In this document: one piece after another, positions 34,539-44,296 of the stretch
How the letters are laid out: every line of letters starts with the position of its first letter
Position numbering within the stretch: the first letter of the stretch is position 1
The notes under the pieces: model-generated
Seen by the model: only the letters and a program-made list of their open reading frames with translations
Databases searched by the model: none
Told to the model about the DNA's origin: nothing
Sequence record: NC_047885.1
Source: Escherichia phage chee24
Length of the DNA: 64,000 nucleotides
Reading direction: 5' to 3' (one strand)
Position numbers and translations under genes: made by a program

Positions 34539-35318
34539 ATGAAAATCGAAATTCCAACACAATGTCCCTCTTGTGGTTCTAAGCTAGATCTTGTCAACGG
34601 ACAATTATTCTGTCGTAATAAGTCCAACTGTCCAGCGCAATCAAGTAAGTTAATTGAGAACTTCTGTACAAAAATGAAGTTAAAGGGCTTTGGCCCAAAA
34701 ACTATTGAGAAGCTGGAGCTGACGAAGATTTCAGAACTATTTTACCTAACCGAAGAAGATTTGGTTAGAGCCGTGGGTAGCAAGGTTGCCGCTAAGTTAA
34801 TTAGCGAATTAAATAATAAAGTTCGCGGAGACATTGACTTTGGTTCAGTTCTCGGTTCTTTAGGAATCCCTCTAATCGGAGAGGTTGCAGCAAAGAAATT
34901 GTCCCAAAATTGCACCAGTTTTCAAGATGTGAGAGCTGATGGCAGAGCTGGAGAAAATTATAAAGCCTGGCTAAATTCCCCACAAGGCAAGGATGTTATC
35001 GAATTACCGTGGAAATTCACAACTGGTATTAAAGGTGCTAAAGCTGAGGTCATCATCACTGATGGTCTAGTAGCCCAACCAAACGGAATAACGGTATGTA
35101 TTACCGGATCTTTGCAAGATTTTGCAAATAGAACGGATGCAACAAACTATTTAGAAGGTCTAGGATATACGGTTAAGAAATCCGTTACCAAAGACGTCAA
35201 ATACCTAATCTGTGAGGATGAATCGAAGCGTTCTTCCTCATCTTATAAGAAAGCCGAAACGAATGGGATAGAAATCCTGTCGATTAAAGAACTATTGGAG
35301 AAAAATAATAATGTCTAA
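34539..35318 (+). CDS. NAD-dependent DNA ligase, C-terminal part (zinc finger, HhH, BRCT-like)
   Basis: CPSCGS...CRNKSNCPAQ zinc-finger motif; ATG at 34539 behind AAGGAAGAAA. Confidence 0.7.
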   Translation: MKIEIPTQCPSCGSKLDLVNGQLFCRNKSNCPAQSSKLIENFCTKMKLKGFGPKTIEKLELTKISELFYLTEEDLVRAVGSKVAAKLISELNNKVRGDIDFGSVLGSLGIPLIGEVAAKKLSQNCTSFQDVRADGRAGENYKAWLNSPQGKDVIELPWKFTTGIKGAKAEVIITDGLVAQPNGITVCITGSLQDFANRTDATNYLEGLGYTVKKSVTKDVKYLICEDESKRSSSSYKKAETNGIEILSIKELLEKNNNV

Positions 35319-36078
35319 ACTGAACTGGAACGTAGAAGGTGTAACCGAGTCTCTGAAAGCAAAAGCCACTGCTCTGGGTGTTGCTGTAATCTCTCAAGAA
35401 CAAGTAGCTGCTATCGCTGCTGAACTGGCTGCTGAAACTGGCAAAGACGTTACCGCTCGCTCTGTTGGCTCTAAGCTGCGTAAAGAAGGTTTCGAAGTAC
35501 AGAAAGCTAACGAAGTACAGAAATCCCCATGGACTCCTGAGCAGGAAGCTGAACTGGTTGATTTCCTGAACGCTCATGCTGGTCAGTATACTTATGCTGA
35601 AATCGCTGCTGCTGTAGCTGGTGGTCAGTTCGGTGCTAAGCAGGTACAGGGTAAAATCTTGAGTCTGGAAATGACCGCATCTGTTAAGCCGACCGAAAAA
35701 GCTGCTGCTGTTCGTTCCTTCACTCCGGATGAAGAAACTGACTTTGTTAATCAGGTTGTTGCTGGAGCTACTATTGAAGCTATCGCTGCTCACTTCGGTC
35801 GTAATATCAAGCAGATCCGTGGTAAAGCTCTGAGTCTGCTTCGTGAAGGTCGTATCGCTGCTATGCCGGTACAGGAAACTTCAAGTGCTAAAACTCGTGA
35901 AGATCTGTTAGAAGGTCTGGATCTGGCTAACATGACTGTTGCTGAGATCGCTGAGAAAACTGGTAAGTCTGAGCGCGGTGTTAAATCTATGCTGTCTCGT
36001 CGTGGTCTGGTTGCTAAGGACTATGATGGTGCCGCTAAGCGTGCTAAACTGGATGCAAAAGCTGCGGCTGCTGAATAA
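35311..36078 (+). CDS. abundant-type protein with three internal HTH-like repeats (255 aa), putative DNA-binding
   Basis: Three repeats (TYAEIAAA...GKILSL, IEAIAAHFG...GKALSLL, TVAEIAEKTG...KSML); codon choice looks strongly host-optimal. Confidence 0.55.
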   Translation: MSKLNWNVEGVTESLKAKATALGVAVISQEQVAAIAAELAAETGKDVTARSVGSKLRKEGFEVQKANEVQKSPWTPEQEAELVDFLNAHAGQYTYAEIAAAVAGGQFGAKQVQGKILSLEMTASVKPTEKAAAVRSFTPDEETDFVNQVVAGATIEAIAAHFGRNIKQIRGKALSLLREGRIAAMPVQETSSAKTREDLLEGLDLANMTVAEIAEKTGKSERGVKSMLSRRGLVAKDYDGAAKRAKLDAKAAAAE

Positions 36079-36095
36079 TCTGGTAAATTAAACCT

Positions 36096-36130
36096 AAGGG
36101 GAGGGGGCTATGCTCCTTCCCCTTTTTGCA
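36096..36130 (+). terminator. rho-independent terminator after 35311-36078
   Basis: Stem AAGGGGAGG/CCTTCCCCTT followed by TTTTG. Confidence 0.6.
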
Positions 36131-36160
36131 TTTAGAAGGCACGAAAGCGTGCAAAGGAGA

Positions 36161-37633
36161 ATGACCTTGTTTAACGTGCAAGCTGTAGTGTTGAAGATGC
36201 TTCTAGCTTCCGAACAGAAGCAAATAGCATTGGAAACATTCTCAAAACTGCATAAAGATCATTTTAATGACGCTTTCTCCTCAATTTACCAAGCCGTCCA
36301 GAATTATTATAAAAAATATAACACAATGCCGTCCATTGACGCACTGATGCTTGAGGCTAATAGGAACGCCCGCCTTTCTCAAGCTCTAGTCGTTTTAGCT
36401 AACACTCAAATTCCAGAAGTTAGCATGGAACAGGCACTTGAAGTCCTAGAAGCCGAGTATACACAGGATTTATTCCTGAAGCTTCTAGAAACAGACGTGC
36501 TTCAAGATTTAACAATGCTGGATCAGGGAGAAATTCTTAACCGAGTTGCCTCCCTTCACTTAAAATTAGAAGAGAAAGTAACGAATACTGGAAAAGTATT
36601 CAACGCAGATAACATGCGTATTTTCCAGAGAGAAGAAGATACCAAACTGAACTTAATCGCTCTTGGTATTTGTAATGAGTTCGACGCTCAAATTGGTTTA
36701 GCTCGCACAGAAACGTTACTGCTTGGTGGTTGGCGTGGTACTGGTAAATCCATTATCTGTTCAAACATACAGGTTCAGCAATATTTGAATGGAGATATTG
36801 CTCCATACTTCTCAATTGAGATGAAAGAACATGAAGTATTTAGACGTAATCTAGCTATGTTAGCTGGTGTATCAGCACTAGCAATGCGTAATAATACTCT
36901 AGAAGGTGCAGCTCTGTTGAGATTAGCCAGAACTAGAGCTAGGATGTTTAACGGTGGTGAAGAGCTTTTCGATAACTTCGTTAAACAGTACACAATGGCT
37001 AAGATGAGTGATTTCTACGATATGGAAAGTAAGCTAATAGAAGGGTATGAATTACATACTCCTATGATTATTGTTTATGATCCTGAGCTGTCTATTACAA
37101 CAGTTGACGTAGAATTAAATAAATTAGTTGCTAGATATGGGGATAAAGTTACAGTAGCTTTACTGGACTATATTAACCAAACCCGACTTCCAGATTCTAA
37201 AACCATTGATATGTATGACTGGAAAGAACAGATGGTTGTTAGCTCGTCTTTCAAATCTATCTGCCAGAAACATAACGTGGCTGGTGTAGCTCCTTACCAG
37301 ATTGATCAAGATGGTAGAACACGTATGTCAAAGGGGATTCTTGATTCCGCAGACATGGCTGCTAATCTTAATGCTGCAAAAGCGGATAATGGTCAAGGTG
37401 CTATTATGTTTGACTTCGTTAAGACTCGTTCTTCTGATAGCGTGAAGTTTATGCCTAAAATGAACTGGGAAACCCTGCGGATGGATAACACTACCAACCT
37501 AGCAATGGAAGATATATCTCAAATGGAAGCTGAGTTCGTTATCCCTATTGAGAAGGATAAGCCGGCTCAATCTAAACGTGCTAAGAAAGACAAAGCTGAA
37601 AATTCAACAGGTGAACAGGCCAGCGATATATGA
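36161..37633 (+). CDS. DnaB-family replicative helicase-like protein
   Basis: Walker A GWRGTGKS and SIEM (DnaB SLEM-like) motif; start moved to the ATG behind AAAGGAGA, past the terminator. Confidence 0.65.
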   Translation: MTLFNVQAVVLKMLLASEQKQIALETFSKLHKDHFNDAFSSIYQAVQNYYKKYNTMPSIDALMLEANRNARLSQALVVLANTQIPEVSMEQALEVLEAEYTQDLFLKLLETDVLQDLTMLDQGEILNRVASLHLKLEEKVTNTGKVFNADNMRIFQREEDTKLNLIALGICNEFDAQIGLARTETLLLGGWRGTGKSIICSNIQVQQYLNGDIAPYFSIEMKEHEVFRRNLAMLAGVSALAMRNNTLEGAALLRLARTRARMFNGGEELFDNFVKQYTMAKMSDFYDMESKLIEGYELHTPMIIVYDPELSITTVDVELNKLVARYGDKVTVALLDYINQTRLPDSKTIDMYDWKEQMVVSSSFKSICQKHNVAGVAPYQIDQDGRTRMSKGILDSADMAANLNAAKADNGQGAIMFDFVKTRSSDSVKFMPKMNWETLRMDNTTNLAMEDISQMEAEFVIPIEKDKPAQSKRAKKDKAENSTGEQASDI

Positions 37634-38520
37634 GTAGAATAACAGAACTACTTGATCTGAAAGGCATTGAATATAAAGACACAGGTGGGGACATCCTCAT
37701 CTGTTGTCTCAATCCAGATCATGATGATAAACACCCAAGTTTGCGTATTGACCCTGAAACAGGTATTATGCACTGCTTGAGTTGTGGCTTCGGTAAAGGT
37801 ATACCGAGCATTTACCATTATTTTAATGAGACTCAGTACCGACAGTCCCCAAGGCTATCGCAAGTACGTAAAAAGATTTCAGAGATTAGGAATGGATCAA
37901 CGAATCTTGCAATTCCTGAATCTGCTTGCCTTTTCGAAGGTGATTTCCGAGGTATAAGTTCTAAGACCTTGAAGAAATATTTTGCTTTCCAACACCAAGC
38001 AGACTGGGAAGGCAGAATTGTATTCCCAATCACAGATGCTGTTGGACGCAATATCCTATTTTTGGGTCGTTCTATAAACAGTTCTGCCCCTCCTAAATAC
38101 TTAGTAAAACCAAAACAAGTTTCACCACCAATTTTTCCTGTACGATATAATACTCCAGTTCTTATTCTAGTTGAAGGCATCTTTGATATGCTGAACCTAG
38201 AGGATAATGGTATAGACTATACTTCTTGCTGCTTTGGTACACATCAGTTTACTTCGGATAACATTGCAGATAAGTTCAGTCCTTATATTATTGCCGGTGT
38301 AAAAGTTGTTGTTATCTTACTAGATAATGATGCTTCTGGTAGTAAAGCTGCACAAGCATTGGCCAAGCTAATTCGTACAAAAACGCGTTTAACACCTGTA
38401 GTTGCTAACTTTCTTCTGCCTGAAGGTAAAGACCCTGGTGACTTAAATAAAGAAGAGATTGATATGTTAGCAAAACGTATTGAAATTTTAGTTGCTGAAT
38501 CGCTTAAAGATTTGGTATAA
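37630..38520 (+). CDS. DNA primase (zinc-binding domain plus TOPRIM)
   Basis: CLNPDHDDKHPS...HCLSCG zinc motif; TOPRIM LVEGIFDML...LLDNDASG; ATGA coupling. Confidence 0.75.
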   Translation: MSRITELLDLKGIEYKDTGGDILICCLNPDHDDKHPSLRIDPETGIMHCLSCGFGKGIPSIYHYFNETQYRQSPRLSQVRKKISEIRNGSTNLAIPESACLFEGDFRGISSKTLKKYFAFQHQADWEGRIVFPITDAVGRNILFLGRSINSSAPPKYLVKPKQVSPPIFPVRYNTPVLILVEGIFDMLNLEDNGIDYTSCCFGTHQFTSDNIADKFSPYIIAGVKVVVILLDNDASGSKAAQALAKLIRTKTRLTPVVANFLLPEGKDPGDLNKEEIDMLAKRIEILVAESLKDLV

Positions 38521-38582
38521 TATATTGGTAAGTTAGAGAAGAAACACTGAAGTTATACTTGCTTACCAAGAGGAGATTAAAT

Positions 38583-41150
38583 TTGAAAATCGCAGTAGTT
38601 GATAAAGCTCTAAATAATACTCGTTATGATAAACATTTCCAGCTATACGGCGAGGAAGTTGATGTATTCCATATGTGTAACGAGAAGTTATCCGGTCGTT
38701 TGCTCAAAAAGCATATTACTATCGGGACTCCGGAAAACCCATTTGACCCGAATGATTATGATTTTGTTATACTGGTAGGTGCCGAACCTTTTCTGTACTT
38801 TGCAGGTAAGAAAGGTATTGGTGATTATACCGGTAAACGTGTAGAGTATAATGGATATGCTAACTGGATTGCGAGTATCAGCCCAGCCCAGCTACACTTT
38901 AAACCTGAAATGAAACCAGTTTTTGATGCAACAGTAGAGAATATCCACGATATTATTAATGGTCGTGAGAAGATTGCAAAAGCTGGTGATTACCGTCCTA
39001 TTACTGACCCTGATGAGGCAGAAGAATATATCAAGATGGTGTATAATATGGTTATCGGACCTGTCGCATTCGACTCCGAAACCTCAGCACTATACTGTCG
39101 AGATGGTTATCTGCTTGGTGTTTCTATTTCTCACCAAGAGTATCAGGGTGTATATATCGATTCTGATTGTCTCACAGAGGTTGCAGTATACTATCTCCAG
39201 AAAATTCTGGATAGTGAAAACCATACTATTGTTTTTCACAACTTGAAGTTTGATATGCACTTTTATAAGTACCATCTGGGACTTACTTTTGATAAAGCGC
39301 ATAAAGAACGCAGGCTCCATGATACCATGTTGCAGCACTATGTTCTAGATGAACGTCGGGGTACTCATGGCTTGAAATCTCTAGCAATGAAGTATACCGA
39401 TATGGGTGACTATGACTTCGAACTAGATAAGTTCAAAGATGATTACTGCAAAGCACATAAAATCAAGAAAGAAGATTTCACCTATGATTTAATTCCGTTT
39501 GATATTATGTGGCCTTATGCTGCGAAAGATACAGATGCTACCATACGTTTGCACAACTTCTTCTTACCAAAAATTGAGAAGAATGAAAAACTTTGCAGTC
39601 TGTACTACGATGTTTTGATGCCTGGTTGCGTATTCTTGCAACGTGTTGAGGATCGTGGAGTACCTATCTCTATTGATCGTTTGAAAGAAGCTCAGTATCA
39701 ACTGACTCATAATTTGAATAAAGCCCGTGAGAAACTGTACACTTATCCAGAAGTTAAACAGCTAGAACAAGATCAGAATGAAGCATTTAACCCGAACTCT
39801 GTTAAACAACTTCGTGTTCTTCTGTTCGATTATGTTGGTTTGACTCCAACTGGTAAGTTAACAGATACTGGTGCAGATTCTACAAACGCAGAAGCTCTGA
39901 ATGAACTGGCTACGCAGCATCCAATTGCTAAAACTCTACTAGAGATTCGTAAGCTTACTAAGCTAATCTCTACTTATGTTGAGAAGATTCTTCTGAGTAT
40001 TGATGCAGATGGTTGCATTCGTACTGGTTTCCATGAACATATGACTACTTCTGGTCGTCTGAGTTCTTCTGGTAAGCTGAACTTACAACAGCTACCCCGT
40101 GATGAATCTATCATTAAGGGTTGTGTAGTTGCACCACCTGGATACCGTGTAATCGCATGGGACTTAACAACTGCGGAAGTTTATTATGCTGCTGTTCTAT
40201 CTGGTGATAGAAATATGCAACAAGTATTTATCAACATGAGAAATGAACCTGATAAATACCCTGACTTCCACTCTAACATCGCCCACATGGTATTTAAATT
40301 GCAATGTGAACCTCGTGATGTTAAGAAGCTGTTCCCAGCTCTACGTCAGGCAGCTAAGGCAATTACCTTTGGTATTTTGTACGGTTCTGGCCCGGCTAAA
40401 GTAGCACATTCTGTTAACGAAGCATTGCTAGAACAAGCAGCCAAAACTGGTGAACCGTTTGTTGAATGTACTGTTGCAGATGCTAAAGAGTACATTGAGA
40501 CTTACTTTAGTCAATTCCCACAGCTTAAGCGTTGGATTGATAAGTGCCACGATCAGATCAAGAATCATGGGTTTATCTATAGTCACTTTGGTCGTAAACG
40601 TCGTCTGCATAATATCCATTCCGAAGACCGTGGCGTTCAGGGTGAAGAAATTCGTTCTGGATTTAACGCAATCATTCAGTCTGCTTCTTCTGATAGTCTC
40701 CTTTTAGGTGCTGTAGATGCAGATAATGAAATCATTTCTCTTGGTTTAGCACAAGAGATGAAGATTGTTATGCTGGTTCATGACTCCGTAGTTGCTATTG
40801 TTCGTGAGGATTTGATCGACCAATACAATGAAATTCTGATTCGTAATATTCAGAAAGACCGGGGTATCAGTATTCCTGGCTGTCCGATTGGTATTGATTC
40901 AGATTCTGAAGCTGGAGGTTCTCGTGACTATTCTTGTGGTAAGATGAAGAAACAGCACCCATCAATCGCTTGTATTGATGATGATGAATATACTCGTTAC
41001 GTTAAAGAAATGCTTCTTGATTCTGAATTCGAGTATAAGAAGTTAGCAGCAATGGATAAAGAGCATCCAGACCACAGCAAGTACAAGGATGATAAGTTTA
41101 TTGCTGTATGCAAAGATCTGGATAACGTGAAAAGGATTCTCGGTGCTTAA
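38583..41150 (+). CDS. DNA polymerase, family A, with 3'-5' exonuclease domain; TTG start
   Basis: N-terminus (M)KIAVVDKALNN matches remembered T5 polymerase; TTG at 38583 lies 7 nt after AAGAGGAG; 855 aa. Confidence 0.9.
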   Translation: MKIAVVDKALNNTRYDKHFQLYGEEVDVFHMCNEKLSGRLLKKHITIGTPENPFDPNDYDFVILVGAEPFLYFAGKKGIGDYTGKRVEYNGYANWIASISPAQLHFKPEMKPVFDATVENIHDIINGREKIAKAGDYRPITDPDEAEEYIKMVYNMVIGPVAFDSETSALYCRDGYLLGVSISHQEYQGVYIDSDCLTEVAVYYLQKILDSENHTIVFHNLKFDMHFYKYHLGLTFDKAHKERRLHDTMLQHYVLDERRGTHGLKSLAMKYTDMGDYDFELDKFKDDYCKAHKIKKEDFTYDLIPFDIMWPYAAKDTDATIRLHNFFLPKIEKNEKLCSLYYDVLMPGCVFLQRVEDRGVPISIDRLKEAQYQLTHNLNKAREKLYTYPEVKQLEQDQNEAFNPNSVKQLRVLLFDYVGLTPTGKLTDTGADSTNAEALNELATQHPIAKTLLEIRKLTKLISTYVEKILLSIDADGCIRTGFHEHMTTSGRLSSSGKLNLQQLPRDESIIKGCVVAPPGYRVIAWDLTTAEVYYAAVLSGDRNMQQVFINMRNEPDKYPDFHSNIAHMVFKLQCEPRDVKKLFPALRQAAKAITFGILYGSGPAKVAHSVNEALLEQAAKTGEPFVECTVADAKEYIETYFSQFPQLKRWIDKCHDQIKNHGFIYSHFGRKRRLHNIHSEDRGVQGEEIRSGFNAIIQSASSDSLLLGAVDADNEIISLGLAQEMKIVMLVHDSVVAIVREDLIDQYNEILIRNIQKDRGISIPGCPIGIDSDSEAGGSRDYSCGKMKKQHPSIACIDDDEYTRYVKEMLLDSEFEYKKLAAMDKEHPDHSKYKDDKFIAVCKDLDNVKRILGA

Positions 41151-41640
41151 TTTCAAATTGCCCGTCTATGCGTTACGGGCGTTTGTATCAATTGAGCAAG
41201 AAGGTGATTATTCCGTAATTACAACAAGATATAATAAATATGTGCTAGATAACAGGAAGTTGCCTGGCACGTTTTCTCAGCGTAGGCTTATTCTATTTGA
41301 GAAACGGAAAGAATTACCATACAAGCTCTATCCTATTAGGGGTAGAATATCAATGTTGTCTCAATTAGTTGGGTCAAAGCGTAACCAATTTATAGATTCT
41401 GATGGAAATCTTATTAATTGGAAGAAAACTACGTTCTATGATGTTGTCACCTCTAAAGTTTTGCATTCAGCTAGAATTTATAATGGAAAATACCAATGCT
41501 ATGTGGCTAAAGTTCCTTATCCATTTGTATTATCCTATGTTCCAGCTTATATAAGCTATATTCTGGTAAATAATAGCCCTGTTATTTATCAAGTCCATCA
41601 AGAGGAGCCTGAAATTCCTAGACTTAGAATAAAATTATGA
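41143..41640 (+). CDS. hypothetical protein (165 aa)
   Basis: ORF with GTG start overlapping the polymerase stop; start uncertain. Confidence 0.45.
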   Translation: MLNFKLPVYALRAFVSIEQEGDYSVITTRYNKYVLDNRKLPGTFSQRRLILFEKRKELPYKLYPIRGRISMLSQLVGSKRNQFIDSDGNLINWKKTTFYDVVTSKVLHSARIYNGKYQCYVAKVPYPFVLSYVPAYISYILVNNSPVIYQVHQEEPEIPRLRIKL

Positions 41641-42989
41641 AGGTTGTTATATCTAATAAAGCCTATTTCAAGCCCGATGATGAACTTTGGGATTATTGTA
41701 GTAAGCAAACCACTTATCACATAGAGACAATGACTAGTAAATACCCTATTATGTATAAGAATAGTGGTGTTGTTGCCAAAGAGATTAAGTGGATTCCTAT
41801 TACGCGTCTGGACTTACTAGATGCTAAAGGAGTAAAATACGAATTAGTCGATAAACGCACATTAGCTCCGGTAGATATACCAAAACCTAAGTTCAAGCTG
41901 CGTGAAGAAGATCAGCTTCCAATATATGAAGAATGCGATGATACCTGTATTATTAATGGTAAGCCTGGGTTTGGTAAAACTATCCTAGCTCTTGCACTTG
42001 CATATAAATTTGGCCAGAAAACTTTGGTAATCTGTACGAATACATCCATTCGTGAAATGTGGGCGGCAGAAGTTCGTAAATGGTTTGGGTTTGAACCAGG
42101 CATCATAGGTTCTGGGAAATACAATATTGATCCACCAATTGTAGTCAGTAATATTCAAACAGTGAATAAACATGCGAATAATCTTTCTAAAGTATTCGGT
42201 ACTGTTATAGTTGATGAAGTTCACCATTGTGTGGCTACAACTTTCACTAATTTCCTAGAAATATCATGTGCTCGCTATAAAATTGGACTATCCGGTACAC
42301 TAAAACGAAAAGATGGTTTACAAGTTATGTTCAAAGATTTCTTTGGATATAAGATATTTAGCCCGCCGGTTAATAATACTGTTGCACCTACAATCCATAG
42401 GTACTCAGTGCCTGTTGAACTATCGGGAAACCAAAACGTACCGTGGGCATTACGTGCTAACGATGTGTATAATCATCCTGAATATCGAGAGACTATTGTA
42501 AACCTAGCACATTTATATGTGAATATGGGACATAAAGTACTCATTGTAAGTGATAGAACAGAGTTAATCCAAACAGTACTAGAAGCACTATCTCAGCGAG
42601 GCGTCACAACCTATGAGATTATTGGCGCAACCCCACTTGATGATCGATTAAAAATTCAGGAAGATATAGCAAAAGGTGGGCCTTGCGTACTTGCAGCCGC
42701 TCAAAGTATCTTCTCTGAAGGTATTTCCCTTAATGAGCTGTCTTGTTTAATAATGGGAAGTCTTATTAATAATGAATCTCTCATTGAACAGCTTGCAGGT
42801 CGTGTTCAACGTATTGTCGATGGTAAACTCGACCCTATTGTTGTAGATCTAATTATGAAAGGTGGTACTGGGCTAAGACAGGCTTCTGGACGTATGGCAG
42901 TATATCGTAACAACGGGTGGAAAACTATTACTATGACTCCGGAAAAAGCAGTTCAGTTAGCTAAAATTGCATTTGGCAACAGCTCATAA
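41637..42989 (+). CDS. SF2 DNA helicase (T5 D10-like)
   Basis: Walker A GKPGFGKT, DEVH box (IVDEVHH), helicase C-terminal motifs. Confidence 0.8.
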   Translation: MKVVISNKAYFKPDDELWDYCSKQTTYHIETMTSKYPIMYKNSGVVAKEIKWIPITRLDLLDAKGVKYELVDKRTLAPVDIPKPKFKLREEDQLPIYEECDDTCIINGKPGFGKTILALALAYKFGQKTLVICTNTSIREMWAAEVRKWFGFEPGIIGSGKYNIDPPIVVSNIQTVNKHANNLSKVFGTVIVDEVHHCVATTFTNFLEISCARYKIGLSGTLKRKDGLQVMFKDFFGYKIFSPPVNNTVAPTIHRYSVPVELSGNQNVPWALRANDVYNHPEYRETIVNLAHLYVNMGHKVLIVSDRTELIQTVLEALSQRGVTTYEIIGATPLDDRLKIQEDIAKGGPCVLAAAQSIFSEGISLNELSCLIMGSLINNESLIEQLAGRVQRIVDGKLDPIVVDLIMKGGTGLRQASGRMAVYRNNGWKTITMTPEKAVQLAKIAFGNSS

Positions 42990-43001
42990 ATGATGTATAA
43001 T
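42973..43001 (+). promoter_or_regulatory. sigma70-like promoter (TTGGCA-17-TATAAT), first of a tandem pair
   Basis: -35 42973-42978, -10 42996-43001, conserved leader ATATATACATAAATTTGAGAG. Confidence 0.55.
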
Positions 43002-43063
43002 ATATACATAAATTTGAGAGAGAAAGTTTAGGATTGATAAGAAAGTCCGAAGCAGAAAAATAA

Positions 43064-43093
43064 AAATTTTAGTTGCTAAATTCTCTCGAAATC
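43064..43093 (+). promoter_or_regulatory. sigma70-like promoter (TTGCTA-18-TATAAT), second of the pair
   Basis: -35 43064-43069, -10 43088-43093, same conserved leader. Confidence 0.55.
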
Positions 43094-43209
43094 TAGTATA
43101 ATATATACATAAATTCGAGGAGAAAACAAAAATTAAATTCTTCGATTATGAAAAGCTATACTTACTAGCTAGAGGAAATTCCGACTTAATTATTAAGCTA
43201 TTCAAAAGA

Positions 43210-43494
43210 ATGCTTACAGAGCCTGATGCTCACCAATTACTGGTCGGTTCCTCATTCATTTTGAATGAATCAACAATAGTTGATAATCCAAATAAATTGT
43301 CTAATAGACAACTGGCAGAATATCTAGGAATTTTAAGTCTACGAAATTATGCCGAATACAAGTTTACAAACGATCCTAGTTTGGACATACAATATGTTCC
43401 AGTATGGATACCACGTTTAGTAATCGACACTAACCCACTAATCGCAATTAACAAATCGAAATTAATCTTTAAAGAGGAAATAAAATATGGCTAA
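43210..43494 (+). CDS. hypothetical protein (94 aa)
   Basis: ORF with weak RBS. Confidence 0.4.
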   Translation: MLTEPDAHQLLVGSSFILNESTIVDNPNKLSNRQLAEYLGILSLRNYAEYKFTNDPSLDIQYVPVWIPRLVIDTNPLIAINKSKLIFKEEIKYG

Positions 43495-44260
43495 GTCTTG
43501 GGGCGAAACTACTGGCGGTTCTAACGATAAAATCGAATTCCTGAAGTTCAACAACGGTATCACTCGTGTTCGTATCGTTTCTGGTGTTCTTCCACGTTAT
43601 GTCTACTGGCTGACTAATAAAGAGGGTAGCGTAGCTCCTTTCGAATGTCTCCGTTTTAACCGCGACAAAGAGAGCTTTGTTCGTGGTAAAGCTGATCCGG
43701 TTCATGAGATGGGCTTCTTTGAGAAAGAGCTGGATAAAGATGGTAATCGCGTTCCGCTGAAACCGAAGAAAAACTATATCGCTTTTGTTATCGACCGTTC
43801 TGATAACAAACTGAAAGTAATGGAAGTCAAAGCTACTATTCTGAAAGGCATCCAGTCTATCATGAAGCAGTTGAATCTGGCAACTCCGTTTGATATTGAT
43901 ATTTCTATTGAGAAAAAAGGCAAAGGTTTCGATACTGAGTATGATGTACAGCAGATTGCTGCTATGCAGTTCCAGATTAAGCTGCAAGATCCTAACAGTG
44001 CAGAATCTAAGCAATATGCTGCGGATGTAGATCTGATTGGTGAAGCTATGTGTGACGAAGATGGCGACATCATTAAGTTCGAAAAAGTTCCTTCTCTGGA
44101 ACAAACCTATCCGGTTCCTACCTATGAAGAGCAGAAAGAAGCAATTCAAGCCTTCATGGAAGGTCGTGAGAATAAAGATGATGATGCCAAATCTGGTAAC
44201 AGCAATGCTGGTTCCCAGAAAGGTATTGACCAAGAAGCTGCAAGCGATCTGGACGATTAA
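43487..44260 (+). CDS. acidic-tailed protein (257 aa), possible ssDNA-binding protein
   Basis: AAGAGGA RBS; host-optimal codons; acidic C-terminal tail (..EAASDLDD); function is inferred. Confidence 0.5.
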   Translation: MAKSWGETTGGSNDKIEFLKFNNGITRVRIVSGVLPRYVYWLTNKEGSVAPFECLRFNRDKESFVRGKADPVHEMGFFEKELDKDGNRVPLKPKKNYIAFVIDRSDNKLKVMEVKATILKGIQSIMKQLNLATPFDIDISIEKKGKGFDTEYDVQQIAAMQFQIKLQDPNSAESKQYAADVDLIGEAMCDEDGDIIKFEKVPSLEQTYPVPTYEEQKEAIQAFMEGRENKDDDAKSGNSNAGSQKGIDQEAASDLDD

Positions 44261-44266
44261 TAAATA

Positions 44267-44292
44267 GAGGGGCCGAAGCCCCTTTCTTTTTA
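44267..44292 (+). terminator. rho-independent terminator
   Basis: Hairpin AGGGGC-CGAA-GCCCCT followed by TTCTTTTT. Confidence 0.65.
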
Positions 44293-44296
44293 ACCA

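Noticed and set aside
35284-35793. 169-aa minus-strand ORF
   Set aside because: Antisense to the codon-optimised gene 35311-36078; Ser/Phe-rich shadow frame.
43469-44233. 254-aa minus-strand ORF (and nested 43774-44073)
   Set aside because: Antisense to the well-supported acidic-tailed protein gene 43487-44260 with its strong RBS; shadow frame.
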